IMG/VR virus record: IMGVR_UViG_3300009183_000045
Length of the DNA stretch: 64,000 nucleotides
Reading direction: 5' to 3' (one strand)
From: a virus
Taxonomy: Duplodnaviria; Caudoviricetes
The notes under the pieces were generated by a model, which was not told where the DNA came from, ran no database searches, and saw only the letters and a program-made list of their open reading frames with translations. Both the position numbers and the translations under genes were made by a program. How positions within the stretch are numbered: the stretch's first letter is position 1; every line of letters starts with the position of its first letter. Shown one piece after another: positions 51,079 through 58,342 of this stretch.

Positions 51079-51921
51079 ATGATTAACACATTGACATACG
51101 AAGAAGCAGTTCAGAAATGCCCCGCTATTGCAGCCACCGAGCCGTCTAGCAAGGCTTCAAAAAAGTACAACTTCATCTCCACTGGAGAAATTGTTCGCAA
51201 GGCCATGGATAATGATTGGGTTATTCGAGACACTAAAGCAGGACGAGGTCTCCACGGAGTTCATACGGTAAATTTGGTTCACAAATCTCAAACAGTTGTG
51301 GACCATCAAGAAGGATTTCCTCAGATTAGCCTGATTAATAGTCATAACCTTTCTCGCAGGTTTTCCTTGTCCCTTGGATTCTTTCGCTTGGTCTGCTCTA
51401 ACGGACTAATTGCTCCCGTTGGTTTGTGTCAATCTATTCGCCCCACACTCCACCGTCAAGGTGCTTTTGGCGACGGTAATGATGTCTTGGCTCTCCTCAA
51501 TGAATCTTTTGGTCAATTTGACAACATTGTAAAACAGACCAAGACCATGAAGGAACGCCGGCTTTCCGGGGAAGAAAGGACCGTACTGGCTCGTTATGCC
51601 TACTATATCCGCTTTCGGTATCGCATGATGCAACCCAAGAAAGTAGATATGGGAGAACTTCTCAAACCTCGACGGACTGCAGATGCAGGCACAGATCTAT
51701 GGACCACTTTCAATGTGATTCAAGAAAATCTCGTCCGTGGAGGAACCCGAATTGGTAATGGTATCACCCAATTTCAGGATGAACTCCGATTCAATCAAGA
51801 ACTTTGGACCGGAGTTGATAAAGCCGTGAATCACTGTGGAACAGATCTAGAAGTAGTTCTCAAGAATCTCTTTCCCAAGAAAGAAAGGGAAAAGAAAACC
51901 TTGATCATTGGGGATAATTAA
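51079..51921 (+). CDS. DUF932/DUF945 family protein
   Basis: PQISLINSHN...FSLSLGFFRLVCSNGL and DLWTTFNVIQENLVRGG. Confidence 0.85.
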   Translation: MINTLTYEEAVQKCPAIAATEPSSKASKKYNFISTGEIVRKAMDNDWVIRDTKAGRGLHGVHTVNLVHKSQTVVDHQEGFPQISLINSHNLSRRFSLSLGFFRLVCSNGLIAPVGLCQSIRPTLHRQGAFGDGNDVLALLNESFGQFDNIVKQTKTMKERRLSGEERTVLARYAYYIRFRYRMMQPKKVDMGELLKPRRTADAGTDLWTTFNVIQENLVRGGTRIGNGITQFQDELRFNQELWTGVDKAVNHCGTDLEVVLKNLFPKKEREKKTLIIGDN

Positions 51922-51934
51922 TTATTTACAATAT

Positions 51935-52144
51935 ATGAGCCTTCAAGTTTCTTTCGAAGATTTTCACAAAATGGTGAATAAAGAATGTCTTAAACAAACT
52001 GGTTTAAACTTAATTGACATTCCCACCATATTTTGTGAAGATTTTTGGCCGGGAGATTATCAAGAAGTGGTAACAATTCAAGACGCCAAAGTGGCCATGG
52101 AATTTATTATGGAGGCCATTCTTGAAGTCCTTGAGATTAGTTGA
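51935..52144 (+). CDS. Small hypothetical protein
   Basis: Start refined to ATG 51935 (MSLQVSF). Confidence 0.55.
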   Translation: MSLQVSFEDFHKMVNKECLKQTGLNLIDIPTIFCEDFWPGDYQEVVTIQDAKVAMEFIMEAILEVLEIS

Positions 52145-52156
52145 TAAGTATTTTTC

Positions 52157-52927
52157 ATGGCAGTACATGCAAACCCACCAGCACTGATTTCAATGTCCCA
52201 GATAGTAGCAGAATTTGGAGGCACGGCCCCTCATTCTCTTTCTGAATACTACAGGAATGGTATCTATGTGGTGGGCACTGGCGCTCCTAGTGTACCAATT
52301 AGCCCAGCAGCCATTCGTTTAAGTAATTTTTACGGAGCTTCTTTGTATACTCCCGGTGAACAATCATTTTCATCAGTTGGTAATTTCAGTTTTACAGTTC
52401 CTTCTGGAGCAACAAACTTAATGGTTATGGTTGTCGGCGGCGGCGGAGGTGGCGGCGGCTGTCAAGGAAGTGGAGATAGTCACGCCGGCGGCGGCGGTGG
52501 TTCTGGTGGAAATACTGGTCTTGTTCATTTGGATGTCTCCCCTGGTCAGGTTTTTTATGGTAAAGTTGGAGCGGGGGGTCAAAACGCTGGGGTTTATTTT
52601 AATCAATGGATATTTCATAACAATAATACTTTTACAGGAACCCAGGGAGGCACCTCCACTTTTGGAACATTAAATGCAACTGGCGGCTTCGGCGGTTCTA
52701 GCAGTAATGGAGATTCCTGCACAGGGGCTTCTGGCGCTGGTGGCTCCCCAAATGGTGTAGCTGGCGGTGCTATAGATTGTAATAGAAATTCATACGCAGC
52801 CACTCAGGGCGGCTATTATGGTTATGGTGGTGGTTATGGCCGCGGAGGAAATAGTCACGGTTATGGTGGTTCAGGTATATATAACGGAACTTACGGAGGA
52901 AACGGTTATGTGTATTTATACTGGTAA
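52157..52927 (+). CDS. Glycine-rich virion/fibre protein
   Basis: N-terminal ISMSQIVAEFGG..PHSLSEYYRNG, then FTVPSGAT.LMVMVVGGGGGGG. TAAGTA lies 6 nt before the ATG. Confidence 0.75.
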   Translation: MAVHANPPALISMSQIVAEFGGTAPHSLSEYYRNGIYVVGTGAPSVPISPAAIRLSNFYGASLYTPGEQSFSSVGNFSFTVPSGATNLMVMVVGGGGGGGGCQGSGDSHAGGGGGSGGNTGLVHLDVSPGQVFYGKVGAGGQNAGVYFNQWIFHNNNTFTGTQGGTSTFGTLNATGGFGGSSSNGDSCTGASGAGGSPNGVAGGAIDCNRNSYAATQGGYYGYGGGYGRGGNSHGYGGSGIYNGTYGGNGYVYLYW

Positions 52928-52955
52928 ATGATATTGAAAATTGGGATATTAATTG

Positions 52956-52961
52956 TAAATA
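52956..52961 (+). promoter_or_regulatory. Late promoter TAAATA for hsp20
   Basis: Predicted start at about 52967, coinciding with the 5' panhandle arm. Confidence 0.55.
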
Positions 52962-52964
52962 TTA

Positions 52965-52988
52965 TTAGTTCTGGTGCTCAAGTAGACT
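52965..52988 (+). repeat. 5' arm of the inverted repeat flanking hsp20
   Basis: ttagttctggtgctcaagtagact; its core tctggtgctca (52970-52980) is the exact reverse complement of tgagcaccaga (53527-53537). Confidence 0.85.
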
Positions 52989-53002
52989 AGAATCAAAACA
53001 AC

Positions 53003-53021
53003 ACTTGCTCGAAAGAGGAGT
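53003..53021 (+). promoter_or_regulatory. Hairpin sequestering the hsp20 Shine-Dalgarno (candidate RNA thermometer)
   Basis: actt(g)ctc-GAAA-gaggagt: GNRA loop, with SD GAGGAG on the 3' strand, a bulged G and a G-U pair. Confidence 0.55.
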
Positions 53022-53027
53022 ATTAAT

Positions 53028-53516
53028 ATGACAACAAAACTAATAACTAGCACAAAGTCTCTAGCAGACACCTTGTATGGCTTCAACCAATTGCCAGCAT
53101 TGTTCAACGATAATTGGTTCCATAGTATCTTTGGTCAAGTCGACAAAGCATTTGACGCCCCCGGAGTTCACTATCCTTATAACGTCCTGGTCCATCGATC
53201 CAAGGACACAAACTCCCCATTTGAATATGAAATTCAAGTAGCTCTGGCTGGATTGAACCGAGAGGATATTAAAATTCAAGTCAAAGAAAATAAACTAATC
53301 ATTGGTATAAATCCCAAAGAAGATGATATTATTGTCGATCATTTTATTTCTTATGTTCGAAATGGTATTAGCTATAGAAGAGCTTCTTTAGAATTCAGTT
53401 TAGCTAAAGAAGTAGAACCTCAAAACATCCATAGCAAATTTAAAAACGGTTTACTAAAGGTTTATGTCCCTTTAACTAAGCAAACATCCACAGACATTAA
53501 CATCTCAGTAGATTAA
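53028..53516 (+). CDS. hsp20: Small heat-shock protein Hsp20/IbpA-like
   Basis: YPYNV...YEIQVALAGLNREDIKI.V.EN.LII, RNGISYR.....FSLA..V......KFKNGLLKVYVP. Confidence 0.92.
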   Translation: MTTKLITSTKSLADTLYGFNQLPALFNDNWFHSIFGQVDKAFDAPGVHYPYNVLVHRSKDTNSPFEYEIQVALAGLNREDIKIQVKENKLIIGINPKEDDIIVDHFISYVRNGISYRRASLEFSLAKEVEPQNIHSKFKNGLLKVYVPLTKQTSTDINISVD

Positions 53517-53543
53517 AGTCCTTGCCTGAGCACCAGAGACTAA
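53517..53543 (+). repeat. 3' arm of the inverted repeat flanking hsp20
   Basis: agtccttgcctgagcaccagagactaa, directly after the stop codon and before the terminator. Confidence 0.85.
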
Positions 53544-53548
53544 CTTTT

Positions 53549-53584
53549 AAACTTGAGTATTTTAATTAATACTCAAGTTTTTTA
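53549..53584 (+). terminator. Rho-independent terminator after hsp20
   Basis: 13-bp stem aaacttgagtatt-ttaatt-aatactcaagttt plus a T-run. Confidence 0.8.
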
Positions 53585-53592
53585 TTTTTACA

Positions 53593-53598
53593 TAAATA
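53593..53598 (+). promoter_or_regulatory. Late promoter TAAATA, 6 nt before ATG
   Basis: TAAATA-ttatat-ATG(53605), directly after the terminator. Confidence 0.65.
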
Positions 53599-53604
53599 TT
53601 ATAT

Positions 53605-54510
53605 ATGGCTATTCATAATGACACCGCTCCTATTAAAATGTCTCAAATTGCTGCTGAATTTAGCCAGACATTTTCTAATATGCATTTAAAATCATATTAC
53701 AGAGGAGGTGGTATTGTTGGGACCAATAACACCAATGTGCCAGTGTCTCCTAATCCTATAGGTGTAAAAAGTTTCTACGGAGCAGCAGCTGCTTTTACAT
53801 ACTCAGACATAATAGCCAGTGATACATACTATTATGATTTATACAGTGTTGCGGTTGCGGCTGGGTGGAATAAAGTAATTCCTTTAAAGTTCTCAGCAAC
53901 AATAAATAACGGTGTTGTAGTGGGTAGTGGCCCGGCGACAATACCTTGGTACTGGCTCAAGCAGGCATTTTATGTCCAGGGAACATTTCCCGCCGGTAGT
54001 GAAATAACTATATATAACAATGGTTATATAGTGGGCCAGGGCGCTTGTGGCGGCGGCGGCGGCCAATGGCCTTGGGAAAACAGCGGCGCAGGTCAAGGTG
54101 CTGGATGGCCTGGTTATAACGGGTGGGATGCTCTTTATGTTGAAACTCCAGTCATTATTTATAATTACGGGACTATTGGCGGCGGCGGCGGCGGCGGAGC
54201 CGGTGGAAAAAGTGCCGACAGTGGTCGCGAGTTATGGAACCGAGCCGGCTCCGGCGGCGGCGGTGCTGGAGCAGCTCCCTGTAATAATTATGTGTCGACC
54301 CCGGGAACTTTAACAACTGGAGGTGCAGGTTCTGATCCCATTGGAACTGACCCAGCTCGGGGCACGCGTGGGGGTAATGGTGGAAACCTTGGCTATGCCG
54401 GTGAAAGTATGTTTGGCATCGCTGGTGGCTCAGCTGGTAAATGTGTAATAGGAAATCAATATATTACTTGGGCAGTCACAGGTACTCGCCTCGGGCTAAT
54501 TACAAATTAA
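53605..54510 (+). CDS. Glycine-rich virion/fibre protein (paralog of 52157 N-terminus and 34124 C-terminus)
   Basis: IKMSQIAAEF....HLKSYYRGG; IYNNGYIVGQGACGG; IYNYGTIGGGGGGGAGG. Confidence 0.75.
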   Translation: MAIHNDTAPIKMSQIAAEFSQTFSNMHLKSYYRGGGIVGTNNTNVPVSPNPIGVKSFYGAAAAFTYSDIIASDTYYYDLYSVAVAAGWNKVIPLKFSATINNGVVVGSGPATIPWYWLKQAFYVQGTFPAGSEITIYNNGYIVGQGACGGGGGQWPWENSGAGQGAGWPGYNGWDALYVETPVIIYNYGTIGGGGGGGAGGKSADSGRELWNRAGSGGGGAGAAPCNNYVSTPGTLTTGGAGSDPIGTDPARGTRGGNGGNLGYAGESMFGIAGGSAGKCVIGNQYITWAVTGTRLGLITN

Positions 54511-54591
54511 TTAATTTAAAATATATTCAAATTCTCAGATAAGCCTTTAAACAACTCTAGACTTTAAAGCCTATGTGTCATAAATAGATAC

Positions 54592-54798
54592 ATGGGCTTT
54601 CGTATTGATCCAGTAGATAAAGGGGGCGTATTTGATCATGATTTTTATACGTCTGAAAATTACACAAATGAAGTAAAGACTTTGATGTATTATTTAGAGG
54701 CAGAAGGATTTAACAGAAAACAAGAATCATTTTCTATCATGGTACAAGGTAGGACCTGGTTAGTAAAGCCTCATGAAACACCTCCAAAGAAAAAATGA
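54592..54798 (+). CDS. Small hypothetical protein
   Basis: 68 aa; TAAATA (54581-54586) 5 nt before the ATG. Confidence 0.6.
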   Translation: MGFRIDPVDKGGVFDHDFYTSENYTNEVKTLMYYLEAEGFNRKQESFSIMVQGRTWLVKPHETPPKKK

Positions 54799-55244
54799 AA
54801 ACTAGAACTATAATATCAGCTAGTTTATTGATCCCAATAGTTTTATTTGGGTCAATAAAAGAAACCCCTGAAAATTCTACACCCAATTTAAACAAACTTC
54901 GAATTAATCAAGAGGTTTATTTAACTGACACCCAAGGTATTGTTAATCCTAAAACAGTTTCAGTGTTACAAGTAGGAGATAATGTCCGTATCTATCGTCC
55001 TGATGGCACTCTCTACATCGGATTGGTGACAGAGACTAAGGAAGAAGAAGGGTCCCTTCGTATATACGGTAAAATTAATAACGTAGAAGACACTCAATTT
55101 GGTTTTGCATTTGCAGCTGGTGGTCATTTTGCCGGCGCTATTATAGAACGAAAAAATGATAGGATATATGCCTTAGAACTTAGTGAAGCTCATAAGGGAT
55201 TTATTTTTCTCTATACTACAAAGTATGATAAGAAATTAATTTGA
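54795..55244 (+). CDS. Hypothetical exported protein (N-terminal signal/TM)
   Basis: MKTRTIISASLLIPIVLFGS hydrophobic N-terminus; ATGA overlap with the upstream gene. Confidence 0.65.
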   Translation: MKTRTIISASLLIPIVLFGSIKETPENSTPNLNKLRINQEVYLTDTQGIVNPKTVSVLQVGDNVRIYRPDGTLYIGLVTETKEEEGSLRIYGKINNVEDTQFGFAFAAGGHFAGAIIERKNDRIYALELSEAHKGFIFLYTTKYDKKLI

Positions 55245-55257
55245 TAAAGTAAAACAA

Positions 55258-55287
55258 AAAACCCTTCCCGATACCAGGAAGGGTTTT
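55258..55287. terminator. Bidirectional terminator between convergent genes
   Basis: aaaacccttcc-cgatacca-ggaagggtttt, with A- and T-runs on either side. Confidence 0.8.
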
Positions 55288-55306
55288 ATTTTGGAGAAAT
55301 TTAAAC

Positions 55307-56095
55307 TTAGAAAGTCAATTCTACCCCAGCACTAGCAATCCAGAAATTAGGCTTCTCTGCATTCACCTTCTTGTCTGTGAATAAACGCGTCAGACTGGTA
55401 TTCAGACTAACATTCTTTGCAATCTCTGTAGATGCTTCAAGACCTACAGTAGTATAGCTACACTTCTGATTTGCAGCATAGAAACCATCTGTACCGTAAT
55501 TTACATTAACTGGTAACACGAATGTGGTCTTGTAAGCCTTACCAACTGTAGGAGCAACTCCTACCTGATAGAAGGTCCCACGACCAGAGCCTTGACCAGG
55601 AGTTCCTGCCAATCCCTTATAGACGGAGACATGAGGATCCAATCCCAACAAGCCCCTATAATCCAGGGTCAAATCTACAGCCTGGCTGCTACCCTTTTCA
55701 CTATTAGGACTAGTGTTAGAATGATAAGAGGGGGTCAATGTAAAATTACCCCTAGTCAAACCAACTCCTACGACTACTTCTGAACGAACCCAATCATTTA
55801 GGACTGCATTAGGATTTGAGAACTGCCTTGTGGAGACATCCACAGAAGCGGAATCAATTCCGTAAGCATGGACCTCAAAAGGAAGACTCAAATTGAGGTA
55901 GGTTTGTGTGGATGATGTGGAATCTAGATGCACTCCCTTATAGGTGTATCCGTTGGATACATCCACCCCAAAGGAACCATTTACTGGTAGTAATCCCTTT
56001 TCTGTAGAGGTGAGAGGCTTGCTCGGGGTTCCGGCCTGAGCGGTTAAGGCAGCTGCAATAAGAGCTGCCACGGCATATGTTTGTGTTTTTGTCAT
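55307..56095 (-). CDS. Outer-membrane beta-barrel (porin-like) protein
   Basis: Signal peptide MTKTQTYAVAALIAAALTAQA|G, alternating amphipathic strands, and C-terminal BAM-type motif WIASAGVELTF. Start could be 56095 or 56110. Confidence 0.75.
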   Translation of the reverse strand: MTKTQTYAVAALIAAALTAQAGTPSKPLTSTEKGLLPVNGSFGVDVSNGYTYKGVHLDSTSSTQTYLNLSLPFEVHAYGIDSASVDVSTRQFSNPNAVLNDWVRSEVVVGVGLTRGNFTLTPSYHSNTSPNSEKGSSQAVDLTLDYRGLLGLDPHVSVYKGLAGTPGQGSGRGTFYQVGVAPTVGKAYKTTFVLPVNVNYGTDGFYAANQKCSYTTVGLEASTEIAKNVSLNTSLTRLFTDKKVNAEKPNFWIASAGVELTF

Positions 56096-56193
56096 ATGAT
56101 TTGTTTTCATGTAGAATGTACTACACATTTTTTATTTTAAAGCTTTCTCGGAAAACGTCACGTGTGTTTTTACGTTCTGTTATAAATTATAGT

Positions 56194-56502
56194 ATGTCCG
56201 AATTTGAAGACTTCGCTAATGACGCCCTTGAAAATTTAAGAAGGGAGAGGAATAAATTCATGGCTCCAAAAGTTACAGAAACTTATATTCAGCCGGATGA
56301 AAAGGATTCAGATCCTACACCACCCTCTTTGGCTTACCTGGAACAATGTTGTCCAGAATCAGCTAATAGAAAAAAAGAAGATCCCAAAGATCGAAAAAAA
56401 AAATTACTAGATGATTTTATAATCACTATAGTTAATCAGTATCCTGAAAGTATTAGATCTCAAATTTTAGAGGAAGTAAAAAAATCTACTTCCGCGCCTT
56501 GA
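56194..56502 (+). CDS. Hypothetical protein
   Basis: Start refined to ATG 56194 (MSEFEDF), after TATAAATT. Confidence 0.55.
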   Translation: MSEFEDFANDALENLRRERNKFMAPKVTETYIQPDEKDSDPTPPSLAYLEQCCPESANRKKEDPKDRKKKLLDDFIITIVNQYPESIRSQILEEVKKSTSAP

Positions 56503-56818
56503 CTTTGAGCCTCTCTTTAATTTCATGCACGTCTACCTCTGGCTCCGGAAAGAATCCCAACACCGGACTTTTTCCTAACATGGTTCCTACAAGAAGGACT
56601 TCTTCCATAGGCTTCAATTTCCACACACCTGTCTTCCTATCAAACTCGGCATAATCTGCTGCGATGAGACGGGTCTTCCAGGCGGATTCTTTGTCTTCTA
56701 GTCCGTGTGTATAGCCCTTGATGTATCCACTAACTTGAGACTGTACTCCGATCAATACAGCCAAGGAGATACCAGCGACACCTTTGATATAAGGCAAACT
56801 CTTTTTAAATTCAATCAT
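56486..56818 (-). CDS. Hypothetical membrane-anchored protein
   Basis: N-terminal hydrophobic segment YIKGVAGISLAVLIGV; has its own TTCCC-box promoter. Confidence 0.7.
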   Translation of the reverse strand: MIEFKKSLPYIKGVAGISLAVLIGVQSQVSGYIKGYTHGLEDKESAWKTRLIAADYAEFDRKTGVWKLKPMEEVLLVGTMLGKSPVLGFFPEPEVDVHEIKERLKVKARK

Positions 56819-56824
56819 GTTTAT

Positions 56825-56853
56825 ATTCTAGTAGAGGTTTGTGGGAACGACCC
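56825..56853 (-). promoter_or_regulatory. TTCCC-box promoter (leaderless)
   Basis: Minus strand GGGTCG-TTCCCACAAACCTCTAC(17)-TAGAAT-6 nt-ATG(56818). Confidence 0.65.
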
Positions 56854-56856
56854 GAT

Positions 56857-57768
56857 TTACTTTGACACTGCGGTCCAAACGGTCGACGCACTCCGACCGT
56901 TCTTAACAACGAGCCCGGCATTGACTAGATCTTTCATTACCTTCTGGACCTTGGATACATCCCCGATGACCTCTGCAGCCTCCGCGGAGTTAATACTGCC
57001 TTGCTTTTTAATATGAGCCAGCACAGAATCCACAGCCACCTGGGATTTAGACTTGGTAGGTTTTTCATCATCCGAAATTCCTACAGATTCAAAAGAAAAT
57101 CCACTCTCGGTCATGGGAAACGCGGTTGTACCCGTACGACCGAAACGATTCTTGGTCACTTCAATTTCACGCACGGTTTCATCTTCTTCTGAAACTCGAA
57201 GCATAATGTTAGAATCAACACTATGAGGTAAAAGCGTCGAACCTTTATACTTTCCCTGCTTGGTAATATGGAGAATAATTCCTACCACTACTTCGAGCTC
57301 CTTAGCACGAGCGGTGATGTAATTGGAAAGGTATTCTTCTTTCCGTTTACCCTCCAATCCAGAACGGGTCTCCAAAGAGGGAAGAGAATCGAGAACGATC
57401 ATCTTATACCCACCTTCTTTTACTGCATCAAAGATATCTTCAACCACCGTAACATTTGCGATCGTAATATTCTTAAGATTCAAACGCTTGGCTGCAAACG
57501 CCACCTGATAGATAGATTCTTCGCCAGAGACATAAGCGGTCTTCTTACCAGACTTTTCAAGCAACTCCAGGGTCTGGAGAAGCAAGGTGGTCTTACCTGC
57601 TCCCGGCTCACCTGCTAGGGTAAAGGTCTGACCAGGAAGAAATCCTTCACCTCCAAGAGCGAAATCTAAATCTTCAATTCCGGTCTTAAAACGGCGATAG
57701 AAGATTTCTGGAATTTCTACCTCACTTACTTTCTGGAACCCACTTGTTGCTTTCATAATTTTCATCAT
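56857..57768 (-). CDS. radA: RadA/Sms-like RecA-family ATPase with C-terminal wHTH-like domain
   Basis: TGIEDLDFALGG, GEPGAGKTT, YVSGEES, IVLDSL, LHITKQG and the diagnostic KNRFG motif. Start refined to 57768. Confidence 0.85.
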   Translation of the reverse strand: MMKIMKATSGFQKVSEVEIPEIFYRRFKTGIEDLDFALGGEGFLPGQTFTLAGEPGAGKTTLLLQTLELLEKSGKKTAYVSGEESIYQVAFAAKRLNLKNITIANVTVVEDIFDAVKEGGYKMIVLDSLPSLETRSGLEGKRKEEYLSNYITARAKELEVVVGIILHITKQGKYKGSTLLPHSVDSNIMLRVSEEDETVREIEVTKNRFGRTGTTAFPMTESGFSFESVGISDDEKPTKSKSQVAVDSVLAHIKKQGSINSAEAAEVIGDVSKVQKVMKDLVNAGLVVKNGRSASTVWTAVSK

Positions 57769-57774
57769 GTAATA

Positions 57775-57803
57775 ATAATAGAGGATCTTAGAGGGAAGCT
57801 CCC
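57775..57803 (-). promoter_or_regulatory. TTCCC-box promoter for the radA-like gene (leaderless)
   Basis: Minus strand GGGAGC-TTCCCTCTAAGATCCTC(17)-TATTAT-6 nt-ATG(57768). Confidence 0.65.
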
Positions 57804-57859
57804 GCGATTTCCTCACGATGCTCATCTTGAGCTTTGTGATTGTTGGAGTTCTTCTTCAT
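57788..57859 (-). CDS. Unannotated 23-aa small ORF MKKNSNNHKAQDEHREEIAGASL
   Basis: ATG at 57859 and TAA at 57788-57790, preceded by its own TTCCC-box promoter. Confidence 0.4.
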   Translation of the reverse strand: MKKNSNNHKAQDEHREEIAGASL

Positions 57860-57868
57860 CCTGTAATA

Positions 57869-57897
57869 ATCTTAGGAGAGGTTGTGGGGAACTTCAA
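57869..57897 (-). promoter_or_regulatory. TTCCC-box promoter upstream of the 23-aa ORF
   Basis: Minus strand TTGAAG-TTCCCCACAACCTCTCC(17)-TAAGAT-9 nt-ATG; the spacer is very similar to the promoter at 56825-56853. Confidence 0.6.
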
Positions 57898-57911
57898 GAT
57901 CTTTTTTAGAG

Positions 57912-57940
57912 TTGACTTCCCTTCAAATAGGATCTATCTT
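57912..57940 (+). promoter_or_regulatory. Sigma70-like/TTCCC-box promoter (leaderless)
   Basis: TTGACT-17-TATCTT-6 nt-ATG(57947), with TTCCC at 57917-57921. Confidence 0.6.
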
Positions 57941-57946
57941 AAAATT

Positions 57947-58159
57947 ATGCATTGGAAACACCGGGAAATTACCTTAGAAAGACTAAGACAAACTGTAGAG
58001 AGAAGCCAGCAAGATCTGTCCAAACTTTTGTTAGAGGGAATTCTGGCAAAGCAACTAGATTCAGTGGAATATTACAAAGCACAAAGTCTCCTCACGGCAC
58101 GCCTAAACATGTCTAAAAAAGACTTAGAAGCTTGGTTAGACATTCCCCGTTCCTTCTGA
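57947..58159 (+). CDS. Small hypothetical protein
   Basis: Start refined to ATG 57947 (MHWKHRE) from the promoter spacing. Confidence 0.55.
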   Translation: MHWKHREITLERLRQTVERSQQDLSKLLLEGILAKQLDSVEYYKAQSLLTARLNMSKKDLEAWLDIPRSF

Positions 58160-58205
58160 TAATATATAAACATGATTGAATCCTTTATTTGCATTAAGTA
58201 TTAAT

Positions 58206-58328
58206 ATGGGAAAGAAACACAATTCCGCTGATGATGGAATCCCTGCTGAAGCCTTCCTTTTTTTTCTTTCCGTTCTCTTAATACAAATAATTATTTTTAC
58301 TGGAATAATGATCAGGGTAAGTCTTTAG
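58206..58328 (+). CDS. Small single-pass membrane protein (40 aa), not in the ORF track
   Basis: MGKKHNSADDGIPAEAFLFFLSVLLIQIIIFTGIMIRVSL*; TAAGTA 5 nt before the ATG. Confidence 0.5.
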   Translation: MGKKHNSADDGIPAEAFLFFLSVLLIQIIIFTGIMIRVSL

Positions 58329-58342
58329 GATAAATATATTAT

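Noticed and set aside
50270-53516. Cyanophage assignment based on hsp20 and the conserved hypothetical at 50270
   Set aside because: These genes occur broadly in T4-like phages, and no photosynthesis or other cyanobacteria-specific genes are in the window.
35140-54270. (GGC)n runs as phase-variable tracts (about 35145, 35200, 52436, 54047, 54180)
   Set aside because: They are in-frame poly-Gly codons in glycine-rich domains, and triplet slippage would not switch expression.
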